Shown piece by piece: positions 1-22,013 of a stretch of DNA of 64,000 bases (position 1 is the first letter of the stretch; the number at the start of each line of letters is the position of its first letter). The notes under the pieces were generated by a model. That model worked only from the letters and a program-made list of their open reading frames with translations. It was not told where the DNA came from and searched no databases. The stretch lies in the NCBI GenBank assembly GCA_964057225.1, contig OZ059895.1, forward strand, positions 5,270,001-5,334,000, in the 5' to 3' direction. This stretch comes from Auanema rhodensis. Taxonomy: Eukaryota; Animalia; Nematoda. The position numbers and the translations under genes are program-made.

Positions 1-52
1 GTTTGGCTCCTCCCTTTCCAAGACCTTTTCCTCCTTTACCACGTCCAGACAT
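1..52 (-). CDS. H4: Histone H4, 5' part only (cut by window edge)
   Basis: ATG at 50-52 reading [17 protein letters not shown]; identical to 3546-3597. Confidence 0.97.
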   Translation of the reverse strand, partial: MSGRGKGGKGLGKGGAK

Positions 53-514
53 GCTGATGAGTTGTTCACACTGTGTGCTTGATGAAGTGAAGAAAGTTCT
101 TCATTATATACTAGGACAGAGGAGGTCACCCTGCGACAACCCATATGAGCATTATCATCAAAAAATGCTACCAACCAGTTTTCAATATACATAGTTAAGA
201 TTATTCAAATATACACACAGGATATAGATAAATATATTTAATTCAGCTTGAAATCATTTGAATTTTTTAAAAAATTAAAAACTTTAAAATTTACTCATAT
301 AAGGCTGTTTCACATGAAAGTTATTTAGATAAACTTATTTGAATGCCGTGACATTATCATGAATTTCATTTTAAAGCCTTCAACTACTCTCTCAAAATCA
401 ACAACACATCCCATACATTGTGACATCTACGTTAGTGTAAATAGCATAAAAGCTTGCAATAATTCATACAAAACTAATTTATTTTATCACAAATAATCAT
501 ATCAAAATTAAATT

Positions 515-542
515 TGTGGCCCTAAAGAGGGCCGTTGGGTTA
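515..542 (-). promoter_or_regulatory. Histone mRNA 3' stem-loop of H3 (TAACCCAACGGCCCTCTTTAGGGCCACA); the same 28-mer follows every histone gene in the window
   Basis: GGCCCT-CTTT-AGGGCC hairpin at 518-533 downstream of the stop; also at 1513-1528 (H2A), 2413-2428 (H2B), 3237-3252 (H4) and in all other units. Confidence 0.97.
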
Positions 543-559
543 TGTAACGTTGCAAACGC

Positions 560-1084
<525 letters not shown>

Positions 1085-1556
1085 TTATATTCAAAAAAAA
1101 GATGCCTTAACATATTGTATTTAATGTAAACAACTTAAATTCAAATTTAAAAACATAACCTTACTCTTCTTCTCAACAGTAATCTTTTTTTTTTTTGGAT
1201 TTCTAACAAAAAACATGAATCAAAGGTAAATGCTATGAAAATTCAAAGATTAGAAGAAAAACAATTCTCCTTAATCTTTAAAGTTTCAGATAATTAGTTA
1301 ACTATGAATAGCATCAAAAAACTAAGCTTATCACCCTCTCCTTATAAGTAGACAATTAAAAAATTCAACCGCTTATCATCAGTCCACATTTAAAATGATG
1401 GAGCACACACACTTTGAAACTGAGGTATTTTTGAAATTATTATTGAAACATCCAACATATTTTTATTTGAATTACACAATTATTAACTCATACAGAATAA
1501 AAAGAGTAATGTGGCCCTAAAGAGGGCCGTTGGGTTAGATGATAGCAGCACATCAC

Positions 1557-1940
1557 TTATTCCTTTTCTCCGGCAGTCTTCTTGGGGAGAAGGCTGGCTT
1601 GGATGTTTGGAAGAACTCCTCCTTGAGCGATGGTTACACCGGAAAGAAGTTTGTTCAACTCTTCGTCATTTCTGACGGCAAGTTGAAGATGGCGAGGGTT
1701 GATTCTGCTCTTCTTGTTATCACGGGCAGCGTTACCAGCCAACTCAAGAACTTCAGCGGCAAGATATTCAAGAACGGCAGCAAGGTAGACTGGAGCTCCG
1801 GCACCAACACGCTTAGCGTAGTTACCTTTGCGAAGCATACGATGAAGACGTCCAACAGGGAATTGAAGTCCTGCTCTTGAAGAACGGGACTTGGCCTTTC
1901 CGCCGGTCTTAGCTTTTCCTCCTTTTCCACGTCCAGACAT
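1557..1940 (-). CDS. H2A: Histone H2A (127 aa)
   Basis: [31 protein letters not shown]...; ATG at 1938-1940. Confidence 0.99.
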   Translation of the reverse strand: MSGRGKGGKAKTGGKAKSRSSRAGLQFPVGRLHRMLRKGNYAKRVGAGAPVYLAAVLEYLAAEVLELAGNAARDNKKSRINPRHLQLAVRNDEELNKLLSGVTIAQGGVLPNIQASLLPKKTAGEKE

Positions 1941-2460
1941 GATGATAGCTAGTGGTGAGTTGTGAGACTCGTTAACCCCAAACAAATTGCGCACGCACTA
2001 TATACAGTATAGCAAGCAAGCTCCGCCCACCACCTTCCTTTGTTGCAGGACTAAATTTTAAAAAATGAAAACTTATGTACAATTAAAAATGAAACAACAT
2101 CATATCTAATATAGTTAGTTATAATATAAAATTGCAATTATGCATAATGAGAACAAAACCGATTTATCTGAAATTAGCATGAAGCTCAAGACGTCAATAT
2201 CATGTTGTGCTTTACATTCAGATACAGCTTGACATCCAAACAACTTATTTTCAACACTAAAACCCTATTACATTGGATAGTTAAATAATGTACCTGAATC
2301 AATATGAGCAATTCTGATAGTGCATGATGACAAAATGCGCTTCAGTACATTTAAAAAAATGTTTATTAACGTAACAACATTCAGAAAACAAAACAGCAAA
2401 TTAAGGATATGTGGCCCTAAAGAGGGCCGTTGGGTTAGGTTGCAGTACAACTCTAACAAT

Positions 2461-2832
2461 TTACTTGCTAGAGGTGTACTTGGTGACAGCCTTGGTTCCT
2501 TCAGAGACGGCGTGCTTGGCAAGTTCTCCAGGGAGGATAAGTCTGACGGCAGTCTGGACTTCGCGAGATGAGATGGTGGATCTCTTGTTGTAGTGGGCCA
2601 GACGGGAAGCCTCAGCAGCAATGCGCTCAAAAACGTCATTAACAAATGAGTTCATGATGCTCATGGCCTTGGAGGAAATTCCAGTGTCAGGGTGGACCTG
2701 CTTAAGTACACGGTAGACGTAGACAGAGTAAGATTCCTTTCTGGACTTTCTCTTCTTCTTGTCTCCGGTACGGCTGACCTTCTGGGTCTTGGCGGCTTTC
2801 TTAGCTCCCTTGGCGGATGGCTTGGGTGGCAT
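2461..2832 (-). CDS. H2B: Histone H2B (123 aa)
   Basis: [15 protein letters not shown]...[20 protein letters not shown]...AVTKYTSSK. Confidence 0.99.
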   Translation of the reverse strand: MPPKPSAKGAKKAAKTQKVSRTGDKKKRKSRKESYSVYVYRVLKQVHPDTGISSKAMSIMNSFVNDVFERIAAEASRLAHYNKRSTISSREVQTAVRLILPGELAKHAVSEGTKAVTKYTSSK

Positions 2833-3285
2833 GGTTATTGCTACGCTGACGAATCAACTGTTAATGTACAACTCGATTTGCTGACCTATATGTTAGTTAG
2901 CGCGCAAACCACGCCCCCATGCTCAGAACTCTGGTTAGAAGCTGTACTGTAAGAAGTTTAAATAATGTTCAGCTAGTAAAACATCTGAATATATTACACA
3001 TATCCTATATAATATATAATAATATATAACCATATTCAAACTATTTAATATTACAAAACAATTTATATCAAAAGTCAACAAATTATTTTACCATGATAAT
3101 TAGCATTGAGCGGTTGTATTCCATATAGTTCTATTTAATTTTTTCCAAACAAAACAAAAAAAATTAATACAGAAAAGTTATTTATTATTATTTACATATT
3201 GATTATATCTTATAGCAATAATATTAATTTGTATGTGGCCCTAAAGAGGGCCGTTGGGTTAGGTAATAGTCACAAGATATGCAAC

Positions 3286-3645
<360 letters not shown>

Positions 3646-4104
3646 TCATTATATACTAGGACAGAGGAGGTCACCCTGCGACAACCCATATGAGCATTAT
3701 CATCAAAAAATGCTACCAACCAGTTTTCAATATACATAGTTAAGATTATTCAAATATACACACAGGATATAGATAAATATATTTAATTCAGCTTGAAATC
3801 ATTTGAATTTTTTAAAAAATTAAAAACTTTAAAATTTACTCATATAAGGCTGTTTCACATGAAAGTTATTTAGATAAACTTATTTGAATGCCGTGACATT
3901 ATCATGAATTTCATTTTAAAGCCTTCAACTACTCTCTCAAAATAAACAACACATCCCATACATTGTGACATCTACGTTAGTGTAAATAGCATAAAAGCTT
4001 GCAATAATTCATACAAAACTAATTTATTTTATCACAAATAATCATATCAAAATTAAATTTGTGGCCCTAAAGAGGGCCGTTGGGTTATGTAACGTTGCAA
4101 ACGC

Positions 4105-4629
<525 letters not shown>

Positions 4630-5102
4630 TTATATTCAAAAAAAAGATGCCTTAACATATTGTATTTAATGTAAACAACTTAAATTCAAATTTAAAAACA
4701 TAACCTTACTCTTCTTCTCAACAGTAATCTTTTTTTTTTTTTGGATTTCTAACAAAAAACATGAATCAAAGGTAAATGCTATGAAAATTCAAAGATTAGA
4801 AGAAAAACAATTCTCCTTAATCTTTAAAGTTTCAGATAATTAGTTAACTATGAATAGCATCAAAAAACTAAGCTTATCACCCTCTCCTTATAAGTAGACA
4901 ATTAAAAAATTCAACCGCTTATCATCAGTCCACATTTAAAATGATGGAGCACACACACTTTGAAACTGAGGTATTTTTGAAATTATTATTGAAACATCCA
5001 ACATATTTTTATTTGAATTACACAATTATTAACTCATACAGAATAAAAAGAGTAATGTGGCCCTAAAGAGGGCCGTTGGGTTAGATGATAGCAGCACATC
5101 AC

Positions 5103-5486
5103 TTATTCCTTTTCTCCGGCAGTCTTCTTGGGGAGAAGGCTGGCTTGGATGTTTGGAAGAACTCCTCCTTGAGCGATGGTTACACCGGAAAGAAGTTTGT
5201 TCAACTCTTCGTCATTTCTGACGGCAAGTTGAAGATGGCGAGGGTTGATTCTGCTCTTCTTGTTATCACGGGCAGCGTTACCAGCCAACTCAAGAACTTC
5301 AGCGGCAAGATATTCAAGAACGGCAGCAAGGTAGACTGGAGCTCCGGCACCAACACGCTTAGCGTAGTTACCTTTGCGAAGCATACGATGAAGACGTCCA
5401 ACAGGGAATTGAAGTCCTGCTCTTGAAGAACGGGACTTGGCCTTTCCGCCGGTCTTAGCTTTTCCTCCTTTTCCACGTCCAGACAT
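5103..5486 (-). CDS. H2A: Histone H2A
   Basis: Identical protein to 1557-1940. Confidence 0.99.
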   Translation of the reverse strand: MSGRGKGGKAKTGGKAKSRSSRAGLQFPVGRLHRMLRKGNYAKRVGAGAPVYLAAVLEYLAAEVLELAGNAARDNKKSRINPRHLQLAVRNDEELNKLLSGVTIAQGGVLPNIQASLLPKKTAGEKE

Positions 5487-6006
5487 GATGATAGCTAGTG
5501 GTGAGTTGTGAGACTCGTTAACCCCAAACAAATTGCGCACGCACTATATACAGTATAGCAAGCAAGCTCCGCCCACCACCTTCCTTTGTTGCAGGACTAA
5601 ATTTTAAAAAATGAAAACTTATGTACAATTAAAAATGAAACAACATCATATCTAATATAGTTAGTTATAATATAAAATTGCAATTATGCATAATGAGAAC
5701 AAAACCGATTTATCTGAAATTAGCATGAAGCTCAAGACGTCAATATCATGTTGTGCTTTACATTCAGATACAGCTTGACATCCAAACAACTTATTTTCAA
5801 CACTAAAACCCTATTACATTGGATAGTTAAATAATGTACCTGAATCAATATGAGCAATTCTGATAGTGCATGATGACAAAATGCGCTTCAGTACATTTAA
5901 AAAAATGTTTATTAACGTAACAACATTCAGAAAACAAAACAGCAAATTAAGGATATGTGGCCCTAAAGAGGGCCGTTGGGTTAGGTTGCAGTACAACTCT
6001 AACAAT

Positions 6007-6378
6007 TTACTTGCTAGAGGTGTACTTGGTGACAGCCTTGGTTCCTTCAGAGACGGCGTGCTTGGCAAGTTCTCCAGGGAGGATAAGTCTGACGGCAGTC
6101 TGGACTTCGCGAGATGAGATGGTGGATCTCTTGTTGTAGTGGGCCAGACGGGAAGCCTCAGCAGCAATGCGCTCAAAAACGTCATTAACAAATGAGTTCA
6201 TGATGCTCATGGCCTTGGAGGAAATTCCAGTGTCAGGGTGGACCTGCTTAAGTACACGGTAGACGTAGACAGAGTAAGATTCCTTTCTGGACTTTCTCTT
6301 CTTCTTGTCTCCGGTACGGCTGACCTTCTGGGTCTTGGCGGCTTTCTTAGCTCCCTTGGCGGATGGCTTGGGTGGCAT
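6007..6378 (-). CDS. H2B: Histone H2B
   Basis: Identical protein to 2461-2832. Confidence 0.99.
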   Translation of the reverse strand: MPPKPSAKGAKKAAKTQKVSRTGDKKKRKSRKESYSVYVYRVLKQVHPDTGISSKAMSIMNSFVNDVFERIAAEASRLAHYNKRSTISSREVQTAVRLILPGELAKHAVSEGTKAVTKYTSSK

Positions 6379-6831
6379 GGTTATTGCTACGCTGACGAAT
6401 CAACTGTTAATGTACAACTCGATTTGCTGACCTATATGTTAGTTAGCGCGCAAACCACGCCCCCATGCTCAGAACTCTGGTTAGAAGCTGTACTGTAAGA
6501 AGTTTAAATAATGTTCAGCTAGTAAAACATCTGAATATATTACACATATCCTATATAATATATAATAATATATAACCATATTCAAACTATTTAATATTAC
6601 AAAACAATTTATATCAAAAGTCAACAAATTATTTTACCATGATAATTAGCATTGAGCGGTTGTATTCCATATAGTTCTATTTAATTTTTTCCAAACAAAA
6701 CAAAAAAAATTAATACAGAAAAGTTATTTATTATTATTTACATATTGATTATATCTTATAGCAATAATATTAATTTGTATGTGGCCCTAAAGAGGGCCGT
6801 TGGGTTAGGTAATAGTCACAAGATATGCAAC

Positions 6832-7191
<360 letters not shown>

Positions 7192-7650
7192 TCATTATAT
7201 ACTAGGACAGAGGAGGTCACCCTGCGACAACCCATATGAGCATTATCATCAAAAAATGCTACCAACCAGTTTTCAATATACATAGTTAAGATTATTCAAA
7301 TATACACACAGGATATAGATAAATATATTTAATTCAGCTTGAAATCATTTGAATTTTTTAAAAAATTAAAAACTTTAAAATTTACTCATATAAGGCTGTT
7401 TCACATGAAAGTTATTTAGATAAACTTATTTGAATGCCGTGACATTATCATGAATTTCATTTTAAAGCCTTCAACTACTCTCTCAAAATAAACAACACAT
7501 CCCATACATTGTGACATCTACGTTAGTGTAAATAGCATAAAAGCTTGCAATAATTCATACAAAACTAATTTATTTTATCACAAATAATCATATCAAAATT
7601 AAATTTGTGGCCCTAAAGAGGGCCGTTGGGTTATGTAACGTTGCAAACGC

Positions 7651-17553
<9,903 letters not shown>

Positions 17554-17592
17554 AATTTCTTAAATTTTCCTATTTTATGAAGTAAAATTTTA

Positions 17593-17768
17593 ATTATATC
17601 CCATGTCTTAAGCTATTTATTTTCCAAATAACATATCTTCTCGGTAATCAATAAAACAAAAATTAACAGAAATCAACAGTATTTCGTAACACATTGTAAA
17701 ATGAGCGTATCATTACCCGTGGTGCTAACCAGTAATGACACGCCCCCTAACTAACACATAAACATCAG
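17593..17768. repeat. DIRS 3' inverted terminal repeat (176 bp), preceded by a ~39-bp terminal extension at 17554-17592
   Basis: Reverse complement of 21838-22013 with no mismatch seen by eye. Confidence 0.95.
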
Positions 17769-17994
17769 AGTCAAAAAAAAAAAAAAATATAAACTTCACA
17801 ATGTAACAAGGTATAATACATCAAAACAAAAGAAACAATAAAATCACTTCTTCATTTTACTGTTGTTTCTATTAAAAGGTTTTACAGGTATTGAGTTCGA
17901 AGACGACCATCTACTGCAATAACATAAACATTTTTTTCAAGCTGAATATAAAAGAGGGATGGTGAACACACACAGGGGATGGTGGAGGGAAGTC

Positions 17995-18070
17995 AGACAT
18001 GGGATATAATTAAAATTTTACTTCATAAAATAGGAAAATTTAAGAAATTATATCCCATGTCTTAAGCTAT
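17995..18070. repeat. DIRS internal complementary region (ICR)
   Basis: Reverse complement of the left terminus joined through ATT to the reverse complement of the right terminus (taagaa-ATT-atatccc), i.e. the predicted circle junction. Confidence 0.95.
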
Positions 18071-18073
18071 CTT

Positions 18074-19285
18074 TCAAAAAATTGCAGCTTGAAAGGATCT
18101 GGTTCTGCAGTAGTGTTTGAAAAATGAAGTGTCGGATTTCCAATTTGCGGCACTCATTATAGTTTTCAATGGAACCCCTTTTTTAAAAGCTGACGAAGTA
18201 GAAGCGTGACGGGTAGAGTGCGCAGAAAATCTATGCGGTATTTTTGCCAACGATAAAATATCCCTTATCCACCGAGCTACTGTTGTACTTGTAATACTCG
18301 TTCCTTGTGAGATGGATATCAGTAAATTATTTGAAAGCCGTTTAGACTCAGTTTTGTCTAAATATGCTTTGATACATGCTACCGGACAGAGTAACGGTCT
18401 GTCTAAAGAAATCTCATAGGTAGCTTTATGAGGTATTCCCGCTTTTCTATTTTTATTTCTATAATTTATGAAAAACGTAACACCGTTATCATTGAATTGA
18501 ACATGGTCTATAGAGAACTGCGCTATTTCTGACACTCGTTTTGGGGAGCATAAAGCTAATAGCATTGCTAATTTTTTGGTTAGTAGTTCCAACGATAATT
18601 CGTTGTTGGGCCCCAGACTTTCTAAATATGAAAGAACAATGGAAGGTTCCCAAGAATCTATATATTTAGGTTGTGGAGGTTTTAATCTGAACGCTCCCCT
18701 AGATATTCTACTAAGTAAAGGGTTATCCCGAAGAGGGGGACTAATTTTCAGAAAGTCAGCTAAAGCACAAAGTGCGGATTTATAGCCCAAAACTGTTGAA
18801 ACGGCTTTGTCGTTAAACATAGATGACAAAAAATCTGCAGCGGTTGAAGGAGAGGGAGTAATAGAAATTTTGTGAGAAGCACAATAAATTTCCCACTTTT
18901 TAAGAGCTGTATTATATTGCTTACGAGTTCCTGCAGCCCAGGAGTTTAAGAATAGAGACATGGTATCATTAGATATATCAGGAATTAGGCCAGTCAAATT
19001 CTCCATGCTAAGAGCTGGAAGTTGTGGCTCTTCAACAGTGGGTGAACTTCTCCCACTGGGTTCCGTAAGAGGTAAGGGTGTTGTAATACCCGTACTTCCT
19101 TGTGAATTTTCTTTAATGTAGGGAACCAATATTGACTTGTCCAGTTCGGAGCTATTAAGATTGCTTTGCATCGATCTCGAACAATCTTTGCTATTGCTTT
19201 CCCCACCATTGAAAATGGAGGGAAAATGTAAGCGTATCCTTGTGATACTTCTGCCCAATTTACGGCAAAGGAGTTGATAAAGCAA
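18074..19285 (-). CDS. DIRS tyrosine recombinase (YR); true start uncertain; overlaps the 3' end of pol in another frame
   Basis: N-terminal TRKQYNTALKKW; catalytic set PKRVSEI (R), NKNRK (K), HSTR (HxxR), AANW (W), FKHY (Y); LCPVACI motif. Confidence 0.93.
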   Translation of the reverse strand: MLYQLLCRKLGRSITRIRLHFPSIFNGGESNSKDCSRSMQSNLNSSELDKSILVPYIKENSQGSTGITTPLPLTEPSGRSSPTVEEPQLPALSMENLTGLIPDISNDTMSLFLNSWAAGTRKQYNTALKKWEIYCASHKISITPSPSTAADFLSSMFNDKAVSTVLGYKSALCALADFLKISPPLRDNPLLSRISRGAFRLKPPQPKYIDSWEPSIVLSYLESLGPNNELSLELLTKKLAMLLALCSPKRVSEIAQFSIDHVQFNDNGVTFFINYRNKNRKAGIPHKATYEISLDRPLLCPVACIKAYLDKTESKRLSNNLLISISQGTSITSTTVARWIRDILSLAKIPHRFSAHSTRHASTSSAFKKGVPLKTIMSAANWKSDTSFFKHYCRTRSFQAAIF

Positions 19286-21057
19286 GCTCCCGGGTCTGGA
19301 AGGTATGAAATATATCTATCTAATTTGAAATTATTTGAAGAAGCAAATAGATCAATGTTAGGTGTTCCCCATTCAAGGAATATTTCTTTAATGATTTCAT
19401 CATGTAAGGACCACTCCTCACTATCTAAGAACTGTCCTCTCGATAACTTGTCGGCGGAAATATTTTGTCGTCCCGGAATATGAGAAGCTTTTATTCTGAT
19501 ACCGCGGACAGTGCAAAATTCCCATAACTTTAAGGCTATATCTGAGCCTTCAGCCGAACGAGTGCCTCCTCGTTTGTTAATATAAGCAATAGCCGACATG
19601 TTATCAAGAAGTAAGGTCACGTCTACGTAACTTTTAGATTTGAGGAAGAAGGAAACCGCTTTATAAGCAGCGCTCAGTTCTCTCCAGTTAATATGAAGTT
19701 TCTTTTCTTCAATAGACCAGATTCCGGAAATTTGTTGACCGTCCATACAACCTCCATATCCTCGCAAGGAAGCGTCGGATGTTATAGTTATCGAAGGTGA
19801 AAACGGACAAAACGAAACAGGCAGATGCATTACAGTTTCCAAGATAAATTTAACTTGAGGAAATATTATGTCCAAATCTCGCGATCTATTTAACTTTTCG
19901 TTAATGTGTAAAGAAGAAGAGAGAGCTTTCAAGGATACCACACCTAGCGCACGTTGGAGAGAGTGAACGAAAAAACTGATTTCGGGATGAACAATAGCAG
20001 TAAAGTTCAATAAGCCCAACAGGGATGCAAAACATCTTAATGTGGCGTCTGGTTTATTTACCCGATCTAATGCATTTTGAATGCGATCTAACTTTGATAC
20101 TGGTATTGACCATGTACCTTCCTGGGCATTTAGATTGATTCCCAGAAATTCTATTCTTTGAGTAGGGATTAAAATGGACTTAGTGTGGTTAACTGAGAAA
20201 CCAGATTGCTTGAATAAACACAAGGCTAACTGAATATGCTCTTGTACTTGAGTGACAGATGACCCAATAAACAGCCAATCGTCTAGATAGTTAATAATGC
20301 GAACTCCTTTACTTCGTAAATACGAAGCAAGGACTCTAACGATCTTATGAAAAGTGAATGGAGCTGAACTAAGGCCAAATGGCATGGCTTGAAAAACATA
20401 ACCAGAACCTCCAGCTCGAAAAGCTAGGAAAGGTTGATGTTCTGGATCAATAGGAACAGCATGATATGCAGACGAAAAATCTATTTTAGCTAACCAATCC
20501 GATGGTTGTATCAATAGTGATACATCTTTAATTGATTCTAGCTTGAAGGGAAGGTCCTGCAGATATGAATTGAGTCGTCTCAGATTCAAAATAAAGCGAA
20601 ACTCTCCATCTTTCTTGGGCACAACAAAAGCAGGGGATAAGAATACCTTTTCATTTTCTTGAATAGGTCTAATGGTGCCTTCTGACAGCATATCCACTAT
20701 CAATAAGTCAAGGTTTCTTGAAGAGACCGAGTTATTAAGCGAGGAATCAAAATTACTCAAAGGAGGTAGAGAACCGTTAAATGGTAAACGATAATTAATA
20801 ACTGATTGCAAAATGAACAAATCAGACGAAATAGAAAACCAAAATGAACAATGATTGGCTAATGAACGTGCAGAAAAGGAGGGAACTAACTTCGTACGTT
20901 GAGCAACAGAGCGGGAAGTAGTTTTCCTATTAACAGTGTGTCTACGGTCCGATGGTACCACACGACGTTGAGATTGCTCCGAGCGGTGTTTCATAACCTC
21001 GTTAGGTTTTCTCAGTTCGGCTCGCAGTGCTCGCCCAAACAGTTCCACGGCCTGAGC
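18994..21057 (-). CDS. DIRS pol: reverse transcriptase + RNase H + N6-adenine methyltransferase-like domain (probably exon 2 of a spliced gag-pol)
   Basis: RT: FVVPKKDG, KIDFSSAYH, MPFGLSSAP, NYLDDW, IEFLG; RNase H: TSDAS, HINWREL, LDNMSA, NISADKLSR; MT-like: IDLFAS, YIFPPF, APNWTSQYW. Confidence 0.95.
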   Translation of the reverse strand, partial: AQAVELFGRALRAELRKPNEVMKHRSEQSQRRVVPSDRRHTVNRKTTSRSVAQRTKLVPSFSARSLANHCSFWFSISSDLFILQSVINYRLPFNGSLPPLSNFDSSLNNSVSSRNLDLLIVDMLSEGTIRPIQENEKVFLSPAFVVPKKDGEFRFILNLRRLNSYLQDLPFKLESIKDVSLLIQPSDWLAKIDFSSAYHAVPIDPEHQPFLAFRAGGSGYVFQAMPFGLSSAPFTFHKIVRVLASYLRSKGVRIINYLDDWLFIGSSVTQVQEHIQLALCLFKQSGFSVNHTKSILIPTQRIEFLGINLNAQEGTWSIPVSKLDRIQNALDRVNKPDATLRCFASLLGLLNFTAIVHPEISFFVHSLQRALGVVSLKALSSSLHINEKLNRSRDLDIIFPQVKFILETVMHLPVSFCPFSPSITITSDASLRGYGGCMDGQQISGIWSIEEKKLHINWRELSAAYKAVSFFLKSKSYVDVTLLLDNMSAIAYINKRGGTRSAEGSDIALKLWEFCTVRGIRIKASHIPGRQNISADKLSRGQFLDSEEWSLHDEIIKEIFLEWGTPNIDLFASSNNFKLDRYISYLPDPGACFINSFAVNWAEVSQGYAYIFPPFSMVGKAIAKIVRDRCKAILIAPNWTSQYWFPTLKKIHKEVRVLQHPYLLRNPVGEVHPLLKSHNFQLLAWRI

Positions 21058-21100
21058 CTGTAAAACAAATAATATAAGGTTAAAAGGCGGAGTGACTTAC
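21058..21100 (-). other. Putative 43-nt spliceosomal intron at the gag/pol boundary (GTAAGT...TTTTACAG, phase 0)
   Basis: Consensus donor and acceptor; contains the gag stop; removal joins DTVLG to AQAVELFGR in the pol frame; size matches the host-type introns at 48461-48998. Confidence 0.75.
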
Positions 21101-21805
21101 TCCTAGTACCGTATCAAAGGAGGAAGACGAACTAAGGCCAACTTTACGATAGTTCGGCATGCTCTGTGAAGGGCGAGAGAATCCCATTCTGAGAAGGGCA
21201 AGCTCTCGAGTTGCTCCTAAGAAAGTGCGCAGATTTGCACTGACAAAGCGTTCCAGAATTGAGAGATAACCAGCAACTTTCGGAGAAAGTGGGCCACCTT
21301 CATCATTGGATCCGAGAAAACGGATAATAGTAACGATATTCAAAACTTGTAACTCGTTTTCGTAAAGTCCTCGTAACTCCTGTTCTGATACTTTATGAAA
21401 TGATCTCGTTGAGCCATCCAAAAGATTTTGAAGTTTAGAGTCCAACACCGGGAGATCTGCTAAGATGGATTCCGGGCGAGGGAGTTCTTGAATTAGGGAT
21501 GAGCGGTCCGAAGGAAGGAGAGTAATACCAGCTGCGAGATGTTCAAAGTTAGTAAGAAGATCTTCCGCAAGCGAGATAACCGGTCGTTCCTTGGAGGCTG
21601 GAGTTGAAGGAGGTAGAGGAACAGAGCTAGGTTGAGGACAAGGCCTCTGGCGCTTGACAGGCCTGAGAGATAGTGAACAGGATCTAGATGACGAAACGGA
21701 TCTAGAACGTGAACGTCGAATATCTTGCTCTCGCGAAGGCGAACGCGAATAATGAGACGAAGAATCCAAATCACGGGGAGTTGAAGGTTCCCGTGAAGAC
21801 GGCAT
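21080..21805 (-). CDS. DIRS ORF1 (Gag-like, RS-rich N-terminus; 241 aa unspliced)
   Basis: First ORF after the 5' ITR; clearly homologous to the ORF of the second element (NFEHLAAG/NFEHLASG, AGYLS, MPNYRK/MPSFRK). Confidence 0.85.
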   Translation of the reverse strand: MPSSREPSTPRDLDSSSHYSRSPSREQDIRRSRSRSVSSSRSCSLSLRPVKRQRPCPQPSSVPLPPSTPASKERPVISLAEDLLTNFEHLAAGITLLPSDRSSLIQELPRPESILADLPVLDSKLQNLLDGSTRSFHKVSEQELRGLYENELQVLNIVTIIRFLGSNDEGGPLSPKVAGYLSILERFVSANLRTFLGATRELALLRMGFSRPSQSMPNYRKVGLSSSSSFDTVLGVSHSAF

Positions 21806-21837
21806 AGCGACCGATCAGCGTATGTCGGAAAATAAAA

Positions 21838-22013
21838 CTGATGTTTATGTGTTAGTTAGGGGGCGTGTCATTACTGGTTAGCACCACGGGTAATGATACG
21901 CTCATTTTACAATGTGTTACGAAATACTGTTGATTTCTGTTAATTTTTGTTTTATTGATTACCGAGAAGATATGTTATTTGGAAAATAAATAGCTTAAGA
22001 CATGGGATATAAT
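21838..22013. repeat. DIRS 5' inverted terminal repeat (176 bp)
   Basis: Reverse complement of 17593-17768. Confidence 0.95.

Larger units (their letters stand above)
17554..22013 (-). mobile_element. Full-length DIRS1-like tyrosine-recombinase retrotransposon (4457 bp net insertion)
   Basis: gag-like, RT-RNaseH-MT and YR ORFs; 176-bp inverted terminal repeats; internal complementary region; AAT at both ends matching the satellite target tgtgtag-AAT-ctgaata; satellite register resumes exactly. Confidence 0.97.

Noticed and set aside
17554-22013. LTR retrotransposon, PAT/Ngaro element, DNA transposon or prophage integrase
   Set aside because: There is no DDE integrase, protease, direct LTRs or split direct repeats. 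ITR+ICR with RT and YR is diagnostic of DIRS1-type elements.
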